Source: Octopus sinensis
Taxonomy: Eukaryota
DNA: 64,000 nt
Reading direction: 5' to 3'
NCBI RefSeq assembly: GCF_006345805.1
Contig: NC_042999.1
Span: forward strand, 158,348,001 to 158,412,000
Shown: one piece after another, positions 24,903-37,900 of the stretch
Numbering within the stretch: position 1 is the stretch's first letter
Layout: the number at the start of each line of letters is the position of its first letter
Notes under the pieces: model-generated
The model's database searches: none
What the model saw: the letters and a program-made list of their open reading frames with translations, nothing else
Told to the model about the DNA's origin: nothing
Position numbers and translations under genes: made by a program

Positions 24903-26174
24903 TCTCTCAAATATCTCTCAACGGATACGTCAAACATGTAAAAACGAAATAAATAGTGCTATAGCTATGATGACTCGGGGCTAAATAACTAAAGCGCATT
25001 CCTGGTAACTAAACTTAGAAACAAATGAAGCATTTGTATGTGATAAGAACTTACAACTACCCAATTTGCAGTCCTTATCTTAACATTTCGATAATTGTTC
25101 TGAAAAACACTATACCGCTTTCAGGTTTAAGTATATGGTGATGCTTGTATATGGTCTATATGCTTGTATATAAGTATATGGTGTTGGGTTTCCGCCGTTC
25201 GACAATGTGATTCTATTGACAGTCATTCTGTCAATAGAATTACCTGCTCATGAAATAACATTTAAGTAGTTGAGATTTTCAGAGACACGTGTATCAGTAC
25301 CCTAATTCGCAATCAGAATTATTGTGGTACAGTGAGTGGCATGGTAGCATCTTCGTTTGAATTACAGATATAATTCGCTCGATAGATTTCAATAGAGTTT
25401 ACATCTACCCACTCACCAAGTTATAGAGCAATTCCAGGTTTTATAAATTAATATTTGCCTGGCCAAGTGGCTACAAAACGAAATTATTTATCATTCGGCC
25501 ATATTGCAACCACACCGATTTAAGTGCGCTCATATACATACACATACACACAGACATATGCACATATTTTTAATATTATGCTATGATAGCAAAATTATGA
25601 AACGTTTTTATATCAGAGATATAGATCCTAACCTGGCAATCATTCTAAATGGCTGAATGTAACAGTATGTCTTGTAGTCTTTGCCAGTGGACGCCCTCAT
25701 TCGTCACCTGATAGAGTTTTAGGGATGCAGCAAAAAATCAGAACGAGATTCATGCAAGAAGTTGGCAAGTCAAAGCTTAAAGAAATAAAAGTTCGTCAGA
25801 GTTGTGTTCCTTGGATTAGGACAAAATATCCACCTAAGTATACGAAATATAGTCTTGTAGTTTGGGATTAGGGTAGAGATGTGAGGTAGGAGTAGAGGAT
25901 GAGTGAGTGTTGGAGAGGGCTAATTGTTAATTATTAATCGAACGAGTGAATTCACATCATCGGACAGCAGAAATCTATCGATATCATCACACTATACTTA
26001 AATCAATATACACTATGGCATGTTAGAGAGTAAATATCGAAACACTTGAGTAAGGACCGCAAGCGGAGAGGTAATAAGTTCTTATCAGATACAAATGCTT
26101 CATTTTTTCTAAGTTTAGTTACCAGGAACTTGCCCCGAATCATCATAGCTTGAGCCATATTAATATCGTCTTTG

Positions 26175-26211
<37 letters not shown>

Positions 26212-26212
<1 letters not shown>

Positions 26213-26503
26213 ACCGTGATCTATCAGGCTATCAGATGCCGCTACACATCGTTGGTCACAATGCGCTTCGCATTGTTTTAGCCTTCAAATTACGCCACCC
26301 CGCTGGCTAAGCCAGCAGGCAAAAGGGCGAGAGAAATTTGTGGCGAAAGAGTACAGCAGGGATCGCCATCACTCTCTGCCGGAGCTTCGTGTACCTTTAG
26401 GTGTTTTCGCTCAATAAACACTCACAACGCCCGGTCTGGGAATCGAAACCGCGATCCTACGACCGCAAGTCCGCTGCCCTAACCATTGGGCCATTGGGCC
26501 TCC
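26212..26503 (-). mobile_element. tRNA-derived SINE family C (tail variant 2)
   Basis: Head and core match 38418 and 62437; the 3' part differs (gcgtaatttgaaggctaaaacaatgcgaagcgcattgtgacc...). Confidence 0.85.
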
Positions 26504-26524
26504 ACACACACATATATATATATA

Positions 26525-26570
<46 letters not shown>

Positions 26571-26571
26571 C

Positions 26572-27135
26572 AAATGCCCTGATGCAGTACCAAGCAGTGG
26601 CTCTCATGACTCCTGATCTAAACTGATTGGAAGTGTTATCATGTACATTGTTTTGTCTTGGGCTACAGCAAATATTCTGCTCTATACCGCAGATTTGCTT
26701 GTCAGTTGTTTGACCTTAACCAGTTGACGTGTCCCTTAGTGGCTGACGATATGTGCATCTCTGATCACAATCAGAAGTAGTGGGGGAGCATCATAGCCAT
26801 GTGTTGAAAGTGATTCTTTGAGGTTTGGATAATTCACCTTTAGAAACATGGGTGGTTGGTTGAACGTCCTTAATCCTTATTCAGGGACCTTTTGAGCGAG
26901 ATGGGCTACTTGACCAGAAGAAAATTGTAACTGGGCCCCACTTGCAAAGTTATATGCTGTTTATCTTGATATGAGAGCACCATGTCGCGTACATATAGTT
27001 GTGATGCATGTGCCTAGTGTACGCTTATCAGACGGGTAGTCATGATGGGTATACTCGGCTTCGTATATTTTTACCCCAGTGTCAATTTGATGGCATGCAC
27101 TGCTCTTTCACTCAATATTAATAATAATGATTAAT
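26572..27135 (+). mobile_element. LINE 3'-end element with (AAT)n tail, copy 2
   Basis: Similar to 6410-7035; flanked by (AAT)n on both sides. Confidence 0.8.
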
Positions 27136-27151
27136 AATAATAATAATAGTA

Positions 27152-27223
<72 letters not shown>

Positions 27224-27329
27224 ATAATAATAATAATAATATGAGAGAATATTATTCCAAACTTTCAGGGAAAAATTCAATTTAGAAATGCTAAATCAAA
27301 TTTTACCAAATATAATATATATAAATATA

Positions 27330-27364
<35 letters not shown>

Positions 27365-27367
<3 letters not shown>

Positions 27368-27555
27368 GGTGAGGGGAGAATTCACAAAAAAAAAACAAAA
27401 TACGAAGACTGGTGGTGTAGACAACAAACGGATGTATTTCTATAACACTCGTGAAGTGAAAAAGTCTTTAAAGTTTTGATATTACGCTCTTCCACAGAAC
27501 GGAACACAGAAGGAAACAAAGAGAGAAAATAAAGAATGTATAGTGGCTAGCGATC
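27365..27555 (-). mobile_element. Penelope-type terminal repeat fragment
   Basis: Related to 42405-42560 (gacgaagac.ggtggtgta.a.aacaaac.gatgtatt...ttacgctcttc). Family assignment is from recognition only. Confidence 0.5.
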
Positions 27556-27574
27556 TATCTACCTAGCTACTTTG

Positions 27575-27609
<35 letters not shown>

Positions 27610-28310
27610 TATATATACACATATATATAAACCAGCTTAGAGAAGAAGAAGAAACGAAACGAAACCAAACGAATCGAATCGAATCGACGCGAAGGCGCTC
27701 AGTCATACAATAGTGTAATAAATAAATTATATGCATACATACAAACATATATGTACGTACCTACATCTACATGTATATATACATGCATATATAAATATAT
27801 ATACGTGTGTACAGGACACCACAAATAAACGTAGAACTCAACGAGAAACGAAAACGTAAAAACAGCATGGAACGGACCATTCCTTTAACAACGAAAAAAC
27901 AGAGTACAAGACAACTACACACGGAAAAATCCCCTTCATCAGCCGTCCCTAGTTCAACGCCAGCGTGTTTCGAAGGTGAAGACAGAACGCGTCTCGTCGA
28001 ACTAATCCTTCCTGCGAAAGAATTAAATAAAATTCCTTTGCAGAGGGGTAAAAACAAGGAAAAAAAATGTGACAAAAACAGGACGTAAAAACAATACAAT
28101 TAAAAACAAATACAAAATAAAATACAATTATAAAATATACAGTACAAGAAGGAATAGAAATAGGACAGGAAAGCAAATAAAGAGGGCCTATAAGCCTAGA
28201 CGATGAAAAAAAATATAATTTTTTCACGAGCGCAGGAAGAAACATGTTTACTTGAACAAGGCTGCCGGCGAAAGGAAGATCGTAGACCCGGCTGTGAGAG
28301 AGATGAGGAG

Positions 28311-28341
<31 letters not shown>

Positions 28342-28458
28342 GAGGAAGCAAAAGAGGGTGAAAGAAAGAGAGAAGAAGGAGTTATAAGGTTTCGCGTCAT
28401 AATTATATATAAAAACCAGCTTAGAGAAGAAGAAACCAAACGAAACCAAACGAATCGA

Positions 28459-28519
<61 letters not shown>

Positions 28520-28879
28520 CAAATATATATATTAGCTAGGTAAGAAATCTCTATAAGAGATGAAAGCAGTAACTATACAGAGAAGTGATGTTTATCGCCA
28601 CATCAACATGGCTATTCCATAGGAACCGATGTTACAACCATTTTAAAACCAGGAGGACACCTCCTCCAGATGGTTATCGATGTAATCTGCAGTCGATATA
28701 TGTTGCAAGCAGGGAAGCGAACCCTTTCTTCTTTACGTCGTTAGGGTGTTATTTGAGAGATATTGAGGCACTATTTCTAGTAGAGCGCGCATTGAGGCAC
28801 TGTTTCTAGTAGAGTGTGCAAGCCCTCTCATCAGTGTGTCGGTGGTTTGTTAATAGAGAAAGCGTGTTGTGAATGCCCA

Positions 28880-29041
28880 GGCACAGGCGTGGCTGTGTGG
28901 TAAGAAGTTTGCTTCCCAACCACTGCGTCTCTGGTTCAACCTGCTGCGTGGCATTTTGTGTAAGTGTCTTCTTCTATAGCCTCAAGCCGACGAAAGCCGT
29001 GAGAGCTGATTTGGTAGACGGAAACTGAAAGAAACCCGTTG

Positions 29042-29074
<33 letters not shown>

Positions 29075-29347
29075 CTATATGCATGTATGTATGTATGTAT
29101 GTATGTATGTATGTATGTATGTATGTACGTATGTATGTATGTATGTGTGTGTATGTATTTGTGTCTACGTTTGTCCCTCATCAGTGTTGGTAACTTTGCG
29201 ATTCGGCAAAAGAGATGAATAGAATGAGCAAAAGACTTAGAAAAGGAATTAAATAATGGGGTCGATTAGGTCGACCAAAATTCTCCAAGGCTGTGCCCCA
29301 GCATGGACGCAGTCTAGTGACTGAAACAAGTAAAAGATGAAAGATAG
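28880..29347 (+). mobile_element. SINE family A
   Basis: Family A head, (TATG)n centre, tail ccccagcatggacgcagtctagtgactgaaacaagtaaaagatgaaaga. Confidence 0.88.
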
Positions 29348-32084
29348 AAGAAATTCAGTTTAAAATGGAACCCGCGTTGCACATTTTTTTCAAGAAACAT
29401 TTTTCAAAGTCATTTTAAAAATCTTTCTGTTTTTGTCATTGATTAATCAACAAAACATATTGCTGAAAAACGCGATAGCATATTTATTTTTTTGTTGTTA
29501 AATAAATCATATCTTATCCCAGCAGAGAAAAACTTAAAACAAATCAGAAAAATATCTTAAGCTTGTGTGAGAAAAACAATTATCTATTACATCTGTTGAA
29601 TATAAAAATTTGATAAAAATAACAAAACTTATGTTTTCATAATTATATAACTAAGTATAAGTGGATACAAAGTCAGAATTTACGTTTCACTGATTTATTC
29701 TCTTTAAATGAGAATATTTTAACGTTTTATTTTATATGAAATATTACGTAAAGTATATTAATCATTTTTTCATAATTAATAAATAAGGCCTTGAAAGTTA
29801 TTAACAAAACGTGCTCTGTGAGGCTAACGTCTATTACAAACTGAGAATCACAGAGGAACATGTACCAGTAACCAACTAACACCAGGATATCAGATTTCAA
29901 TCTCCGATGGAAGCCATTTTGTTTCACTTGCATTGATGATCCATGAACTATTCACGTGCTTCATGAAAAAAAAAACGTTACTCCTGTCTAAAATATATGG
30001 AGGTCTTTGTCTTGACAGATGAATTGCAAAAATAGAGCAAGTTTCTTTTGAGAACGTCATCAACAAGAAAAACTTATAAATAAAAAAGGCCACCTGAAAA
30101 GTGAATTTATAGAGTTTTACCTGACGTTTAGCAACTGTTGAATAAACGAAAGATTTTGTTATTTATTTGGTAAAATTGAAAAATAAAATTTTATTCTATA
30201 TAGCAAAAAATTATCAGAAGGGTTGGTCTGAATAATGAAAATACATCTATTCGCATTACACTGACTGATTCATCTTATCCAACTGAACGAGTTAGTAACC
30301 CTTAACGAATTTATACAAAACTCCAATTTTTTAGTGAATTCTTTCTCTTTTCTACTCCTTTCATATACAACAAAGTCAATCGAGGAATTAATGAACGCAT
30401 TTGTATTTAGTGTTTTGCAGCTGAGAAATATATCTATATCTGGAAATGAATAGAAGGATTTAGTGCAGTACCTATGCGCACAGTTGAATGATATAACTAA
30501 ACAGTTGAAAGCTTATACAAATCGCTCTATTTATACAATCTCGATGTTGCATTTGCTTTAATTGTTATAAGACACAGGGGTCTGTTAGTATAACAAATTA
30601 CGCATTTAAACATTTCTAAACTGGAAGATTATGCACGTATTCTGAAACTATTTACATAACTAGATTTCATTCCCGCCTGGCTGCAGTAATCTTTCAAATA
30701 CTAAAGCTTATACGGCCTCATAATATTGCTCAGAAATTAAATTAATGGAGTTAATAGTTTCTGCAGCTTCAAATCTCTGTTGCATTGTAACAGTGTCCGT
30801 AAACGCTTAACGCTATTTATGTCGCGACTTTATAACCTTAATATACGAGGATATTATTTGGAAGGATACTATTTACAATTATTTTTATATAATCATTCTG
30901 GATTTTGCGCTTCGAGGTTGAATAAAGTCTTGGTTTTAAGATCCAAGTATTCTCACCTAGTGATCACAAAATCGTTGTTTTGCAAACTTGATTTTATATG
31001 GTGATTTTATACTTACAGGGTTAATTAGAATTATTTTATTAGTCCATTAACAAAATTAATTTTACAGGCTGCTTATTATCTGTGGAGAACGTCATCCAAT
31101 CGATTCAATTCTACTTTATTCCACACAACAGGCTGGTTAACATTGTTGAAAATACAGTTTGATCAAAATCATAATTTAATACCATCCCCTGCACTGCAAA
31201 AAAAATCAATAACCCCCTTCTATAATCAACTCCAAAATCTTATTTGCTGTTTTAACATTTTAACTGAAGTGAGAATGTTTTGTTAAAACTGTATTAGTAA
31301 TATACAAAAATGCTATCTTCCTTGGTGGAGGCAACAACCACGGAAATAATCACATCAGAAGCGTAACACAAAACATAAATTTAAAATTACATTTTCAAGC
31401 GTTATTTTCCAATACTATTTGACAGTTACATGATTTATGAAGTATCTGAATATTTGGTTATATGAAATAATAATTTGACATCAGAATTAAAATTCACAGT
31501 AAACATTATCAATACTGAACATATGAAGGACATTGAAAAGAAGTGAGGTAGTAGAGTGTCAAATTCAACATAATACATACTATAACTAATACTTCATATT
31601 CCCGAATTTAAATTCCACAAGACTCAAATTAACCTTTCATTTCTCTTATATTGATAAAGTAATTTGCAGAAATATACGTGAGCAGATTAATAGGAGTATA
31701 TTGCATTTCATAAATTAAATTTGCATTTAAAAGAATCAATATTTTAATCCTTTCTTTTTACTTGATATAAAGTTAATGCCACCATTGTTTAGCACAGGGT
31801 GGATTTGATCGAGCCAACCAATCATCAAAGTCATTAAAACTCTTATCAACTCCAAACATATCATTTAGATATGATAACTTTCTTCGGCAAGTCTCTGAGA
31901 TCCGGCAAAAGGTCGCGGCATCTTACCTTCCCCTTTATAACTGATGTACTCTTTATTTTTTTTTACCTTTATAACTCAGTAGGGTCCCAATCGAAAGATA
32001 GTTAACTAAACACCTGTATTAGTGCGCATTTGAAATTAGGTCTTGCTACCTCCATACTGGGAACATTCTATATACACACATACA

Positions 32085-32135
32085 CATATATGTGTATATG
32101 TCTGTCTGTTTGACCATCCATCCATCCATCCATCC

Positions 32136-32201
<66 letters not shown>

Positions 32202-32248
32202 ATACGTATACACGTTGTGTGTGTATGTGTGTGCGCGTGTGTGTGTGC

Positions 32249-32283
<35 letters not shown>

Positions 32284-32297
32284 GTGTGTGTGTGTGT
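32085..32297. repeat. (CCAT)/(TCTA)/(TG) compound microsatellite
   Basis: Direct reading. Confidence 0.9.
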
Positions 32298-32693
32298 ATC
32301 TTGTTAAATGTCTTCCAACCACTCGTATTTTCTGAAATTTTATTTGAGAAATTTTCAAAAAAAAAAAAAATTTGTTGTTTTGTCTTGCGGATAACAAAAA
32401 TCGTATTCATTTCTTCGAAAAATTAATAATAAACAAGTCAGAGAAATTTAAAGTTACGTGAATTTTGGCAAGGAAACAAGCTCAGAGTCCTCGCAGCAGA
32501 AGTCGAAAGTGTTTGTTGTCATGACAACCCCAGTATATTGGTGTTTACCCACGGAACCGTATACGAACTTTTGAGTAAAATTATGCAAATTTAAATGTCC
32601 CTAAATTCTTTATTATTAAATTTTTGGAAAAATTTGGAAACAGTTCTTTAAAATTTGAATATCTGCAATTGGTTGGAAGAAATTTGACATGAT
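32298..32693. mobile_element. Putative old MITE
   Basis: Imperfect terminal inverted repeats tcttgttaaatgtcttccaacca / tggttggaagaaatttgacatga; no clear TSD. Confidence 0.4.
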
Positions 32694-33068
32694 TCATACA
32701 CACACACGCATACACATATAGAATCAGACGATGTTAATGGATACAGGCTACTGATTAAATGTTAACATACAGAAATTATGTGATCTAGCAGTTCAACCAC
32801 TGATGCAGGCTAATTTTCGTCTGACATTGATATCTCGGTGCCTTTAAGAACATCTATACGAGATGCTCTCTCAAGACAAATACCGTAGTATTACGGTGTT
32901 CTAACAATGCATCAACGCGCGCACACACACAGCAACACTATATATATATATATACATACACACATACCCCAGACACCCGCACACACGCACACATATACAT
33001 ACATACATACAAACATGTGTGTATCTGTGTACAATCAAAGTAGAGTTAACCAATGTAGTACAACTTTT

Positions 33069-33486
33069 GGATCTTTTCGTTTTGAACGGCAGTTTTTAAC
33101 ATAATTTCTAGGTAACTAAAAAATTTTAAACTTTGTATACTGGTAGAATGTGTTTATAAAACATCCTTTTATCTTGGCTTTATTGAGAAAATTCTATAGT
33201 TTGTAAGATATTTGTTGTCTTTTTTCTTCAATTTCTTCAATTTCCACCAATCAATGACGTCCATTGAGGTAAAAAATCATTCTGTGCCGTATGAATATGT
33301 CCCTCGTTTAAGAAACAGATTGGGTTTATTTACATTTGTGTAGAAAAAAAGATACCCTTCCCCCTACCCCTAACCCTAACCCTAAAACAGATTGAAATGC
33401 AATAGATTGATACTAGGTTCATGATTATGGGTGACAATTTCCTATGACACCGCTAGAAAAAACTGCCGTTCAAACCGAAAAGATCC
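33069..33486. mobile_element. MITE with about 30-bp TIRs and 8-bp TSD (Merlin- or hAT-type)
   Basis: TIR ggatcttttcgttttgaacggcagttttt / aaaaaactgccgttcaaaccgaaaagatcc. TSD CAACTTTT at 33061-33068 and 33487-33494. Confidence 0.85.
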
Positions 33487-33664
33487 CAACTTTTAAATAC
33501 TAGAATACAAACTTGAAACAAAATCTTTAGATACAAACTTATATCAGATGAAAATAATTATCAGTCGTAATTAGTTTTACATATTTTCTTCACTTACAAT
33601 CTATAATACATGCATTTTATTTGTTTTCTTTTTCTATTTTTCTGTTTTACACTTCTACCTGTAG

Positions 33665-33809
33665 CAGCCTTAAGAGAAGTCCACTTAAGCCAACAAACTT
33701 TCGATACAGATATCTTACTCGCTCGGGGAACTGTTTACTTTTCAAACCTGATGAGGTTAGCATTCGAATAGCAGCAACTAATAACGTCTACGAGCGAGCG
33801 ATTACTGTG
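33665..33809 (+). CDS. Metalloprotease gene, exon B (SLKRSPLKPTNFRYRYLTRSGNCLLFKPDEVSIRIAATNNVYERAITV)
   Basis: Long polypyrimidine tract plus tag/cag acceptor (NAGNAG; alternative start 33668). Donor gtaagt at 33810. Open frame, phase 0 end. Confidence 0.8.
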
Positions 33810-34093
33810 GTAAGTTATAAAATTATCGGGATAATAAAAATACAAGTAATTCAAATATACTAACTAATAACAGCAATAATAACTGAATAGTTGCAATAAT
33901 ATTTTACGGGATGCACTTATGTGACGCCAGTTTACATACATAAAATTTCTCTGCAGCATCATATTGCTGCTGATGCAAACGGCAGACCAACCAGCGTACC
34001 AAATGACTTTAAATACTACATAAATATGTACACACTCACACACACATATACATAGATGCATACACACACATGCACACAAACACATACACACAG

Positions 34094-34141
<48 letters not shown>

Positions 34142-34242
34142 GATACATATACAAACATACACACACATTCAAACATACACACGAACACATATACGACTCT
34201 CACCTACACGCAAAACAAAGAAATCGTAACATGTGTGTATAG

Positions 34243-34397
34243 GAGCACTCCGTCGGTTGCGACGACGAGGGTCCCAGCTGATACGATCAACGGAACAACT
34301 TGCTCGTGAAATTAACGTGCAAGTGGCTGAGCACTCCACAGTCACATGTACCCTTAACGTAGTTCTCAGGGAGATTCAGCGTGACGCAGTAACATGT
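34243..34397 (-). mobile_element. SINE family C 3' half
   Basis: Matches the 3' part of 38418-38800 in reverse. Confidence 0.8.
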
Positions 34398-34426
34398 GTG
34401 TATACATACATAAAACATACATACAT

Positions 34427-34487
<61 letters not shown>

Positions 34488-34488
34488 A

Positions 34489-34714
34489 AGGCGGCGAGCT
34501 GGTAGAAACGTTAGCACCTCGGGCGAAATGCGTGGCCGTATTTCGTCTGCCGTTACGTTCTGAGTTCAAATTCCGCCGAGGTCGACTTTGCCTTTCATCC
34601 TTTCGGGGTCGATAAATTAGGTACCAGTTGCACACTGGGGTCGATGTAATCGACTTAATCCGTTTGTCTGTCCTTGTTTGTTCTATCTGTGTTTAGCCCC
34701 TTGTGAGTAGTAAA

Positions 34715-34715
<1 letters not shown>
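34489..34715 (+). mobile_element. SINE family B
   Basis: Full family B pattern. Confidence 0.9.
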
Positions 34716-34749
<34 letters not shown>

Positions 34750-34853
34750 ATATATACATAGATACATATACAAACATACACATACATACACACACACACA
34801 CATCCTCAAACCTCTTTATATTTATTAATCCTGATGACATTCCATTCGTGCAG

Positions 34854-35007
34854 ACATGTTTAACTCTTTCGAAGATTACTCAATACATGCCGAGAGAAGT
34901 GTTCGCGAATGTCTCAAAATCCCACGGCGTTGGTATCTTTACGTTAGCCGAAACGCTATCTGTATATCCAGAGAATGCTGATTTAGTTGACAGACCGGAG
35001 TGCTTTC
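34854..35007 (+). CDS. Metalloprotease gene, exon C (TCLTLSKITQYMPREVFANVSKSHGVGIFTLAETLSVYPENADLVDRPECF)
   Basis: Acceptor gtgcag, donor gtaagt at 35008. 154 nt, phase 0 start, phase 1 end, no stops. Confidence 0.85.
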
Positions 35008-36084
35008 GTAAGTAATCTGCATCATTCTATCTGATTATATAAAATTATATGTAAAAGCAAATGTTATTGTTTGATTTAGAAAAATATTAGTTAATAGTTC
35101 TTATTGTACCGTTCCGCCATTGTATTCTAATATCCACAAATTGAAATGTATCTATCATAACAGTTGGTAAGCTGCAGAAGCTGATAAAAGTAAAAAATTA
35201 CAATACAGAATATTTCCACAAAATGATAAATATCTTTCATAATTATATACAAATATTATACTGAGTACAATTGAGAATGATATGAAGCTTCCCTATTTGA
35301 AGAAAAAATACAAAAGCCACTGTTTTGCGTAGATTTATGATTCCAAACTACTTTTGAAGTTTTGTAGTTATTTTGCTTTTATCAGATATATTTTACAGAA
35401 ATAAAGCAAAATCTACTTAATCCGTTTTTATTTCAATAAGAATGTTGAAAATTGCTTAGTCAAAGAAACTGTCGCCCAAAAATCTGAATCTACTTATTTG
35501 AAATAATTATTAGATTTTGTAAGATGTGAAGCGTGTGTTCTATAATTATAATAATAGTTTTCTTTCTATAATTATGATTAGATAAAACAAGCATAAAATT
35601 AAGGAGAATGCATTATGAGGACGGTGATACATTCATGTATCTTATCAAATATTCAGTCATTTACGGATTTTGCTTATTTTAAATAATTATATTCTTGCAA
35701 GAATGCATTCATTTGAATTATCAATTTAGTTAATTGAATGTGAAGTTGTGTTTCTTTCATAGTACTTTTTTTTTGCCGCAGGAAATATATAACAATGAAC
35801 AACGCATTTCATGTAGCAGCTGACATAAACGAGCAAATGTTTATTTTTTTTAATAGGATTTTCGAAAAGGTTATTGTATCCTTTGGTTTCAAAAATATAA
35901 CATTGCTTGAGTATCATAACAAATAAAGTAGATAAACTAAAATCATTACGAAAATATTTTTCTCGGTGTAAAGTGAGCGCAGAAGAGCAACAGACATACT
36001 TGCATGCAAACCGGGAACGCGATATGGGTTTACTTCCTCATTAAGCTTCTGTTCCTTTAATTGCCCCGCTAATACCAAGGGCAA

Positions 36085-36380
36085 CGAAAGGTGGTGAGCT
36101 GGCAGAAACGTTAGCACGCGGGCGAAATGCTTAGCGGTATTTCGTCTGTCTTTACGTTCTGAGTTCAAATTCCGCCGGGATCGACTTTGCCTTTCCTCCT
36201 TTCCGGGTCGATTAAATAAATACCAGTTACGCACTGGGGTCGACTTTGCCTTTCCTCCTTTCCGGGTCGATTAGATAAATACCAGTTACGCACTGGGGTC
36301 GATATAATCGACTTAATCCGTTTGTCTGTCCTTTTTTGTCCCCTCTGTGTGTAGCCCCTTGTGGGCAGTAAAAAAGTAAG
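36085..36380 (+). mobile_element. SINE family B with internal 59-bp tandem duplication
   Basis: Units at 36181-36239 and 36240-36298. Confidence 0.88.
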
Positions 36381-36662
36381 AAATAAGAATACCAATAGCA
36401 ACAAAAGGTACGACTGGCACAAATCCCATATTCTCTTTTATGGGTAACTGCGAAAATAATAAATCAATAATTCTTTGGCTTATATCATAATGCAGAGTAA
36501 TTTTATGGCGAATCGTGTTATTAGTTCAGACCTGACCACGGCATTCCGATTTTACTTAAGTCACGTAAGAACACGTGACACACAACATTATTACTTCCCG
36601 CCTATAAATTTGAGACACTGATTATGTTTCATGAATTAAAGATTTTGCTTTCTTTCTTGCAG

Positions 36663-36871
36663 AGACTTGTGAAGGTGTTTGTAATAATACGTGTACATTC
36701 GATGGTAGAAAATACTCAGAAGTTGCTGGTTTAACCAATGAAATTAGTCTATCCAACATGGAATCAATTCTTTGTCTACCGACAGATATTTACCAAGGAG
36801 CAGAGAATATTCTCACTCATGAGTTTGCTCATCTTGTACATATGTATATGAATGATACGTGGAAAGATAAG
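36663..36871 (+). CDS. Metalloprotease gene, exon D, with HEXXH motif (QTCEGVCNNTCTFDGRKYSEVAGLTNEISLSNMESILCLPTDIYQGAENILTHEFAHLVHMYMNDTWKDK)
   Basis: Acceptor tttcttgcag, donor gtcagt at 36872. 209 nt, phase 1 start, phase 0 end. HEFAH at 36818-36832. Confidence 0.92.
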
Positions 36872-37539
36872 GTCAGTAAAAATATGTAACATGTCGTAAA
36901 ACTTAAACGTTTTCTTTTAATTATTCTCTTTTTTTTTTCAGAATAATTATTCTGTACCATACCGATATATACACCCATAATACATTACTATGCAGAACAT
37001 ATAGTTTCTCTTAAGAAAAGCAGATTCACAGTAATGGCAGAATTTATTTTGTGATCTTTTTCGTATTCTAAGTTCAAATCACGACAAATTCTATTTATTT
37101 AACTTCTATTTATCCCTGCCGGACAAAAAAACTAAATATCAGTTATTAGTTCTGAGCTCCAGATCAATACCGATCGATCATTTCAATGAATATCTTACTA
37201 TCTGCGACTCGCAATCTTTTTTATATGAATTACCACATTCTCCAATATAGTGTAAGTTTAAGGAAATTTGGCCGCTATATCTAGCAGGTCGAAAAACAAT
37301 ATACGAGATACGTCAGATTTAATGTTGGAGACACATCGACAATATATCTCGTCACGAAGTCGTGGTATCGGGCAAAAGTTAGAAATCGTACTTCATCATT
37401 CTTGAAAAAACTAATTTCTTTTCAGAATGAAAATTATTTTGTTTTAATCAATTTTAATAGTCACGAATAACATACAATTAAAACAACATTACTAAAAATG
37501 CTCGGTATTATTGTTCTTGAAGATACCTCATAATGCTCG

Positions 37540-37900
37540 CCCTTATTTATAATATTACCAAAATCGTGTCACATATACCTGCCTCATTCTTTAGAGTTAG
37601 GAATACATAATGGAGTGCTGCTCACATCTTTGGGATGGCATCGCTGCTACACATACAAAGATCCTAGATCAAACCAATGACGGCCTTCCGACAGATTGAC
37701 CAGTCATTAAAGCCAAAATTCTTTAATGATTGGTTCACAGATATCCACAGATTTGCCATCCAGGTTTACTCGTATCGCCCACATTTTCTCTTCCCAAGAC
37801 CCTGACTGTGCTTCATCTTATCCAATATTTCTCTAGAATAACGTCCCTTTCGAATTTATCCATACCTCTGCTTTTCTCCATTAATTCACAGATTTTTCAA
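37540..37900 (+). pseudogene. CR1/L2/Jockey-group LINE RT C-terminal relic
   Basis: MECCSHLWDG.A.TH..ILD resembles RP.MEYCSHxWGG...LDRVQ; decayed. Confidence 0.5.

Noticed and set aside
26078-26088. 11-mer gttcttatcag identical to part of U2
   Set aside because: Too short; the flanks do not match U2, so it is consistent with chance.
30767-30916. Candidate extra exon of the protease (FKSLLHCNSVRKRLTLF...GFCAS)
   Set aside because: It has an acceptor-like ctgcag and an open frame, but only a weak donor (gttgaa). Exon A already joins exon B in phase, and there is no family-like motif. Needs RNA-seq.
33361-33384. Interstitial telomere
   Set aside because: Only about 3-4 hexamers, and they lie inside a TSD-bounded MITE.
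33747-33775. CTGATGA in exon B (also at 49834 and 14516) as ribozyme cores
   Set aside because: No downstream GAAA with stem III and stem I pairing; chance heptamers.
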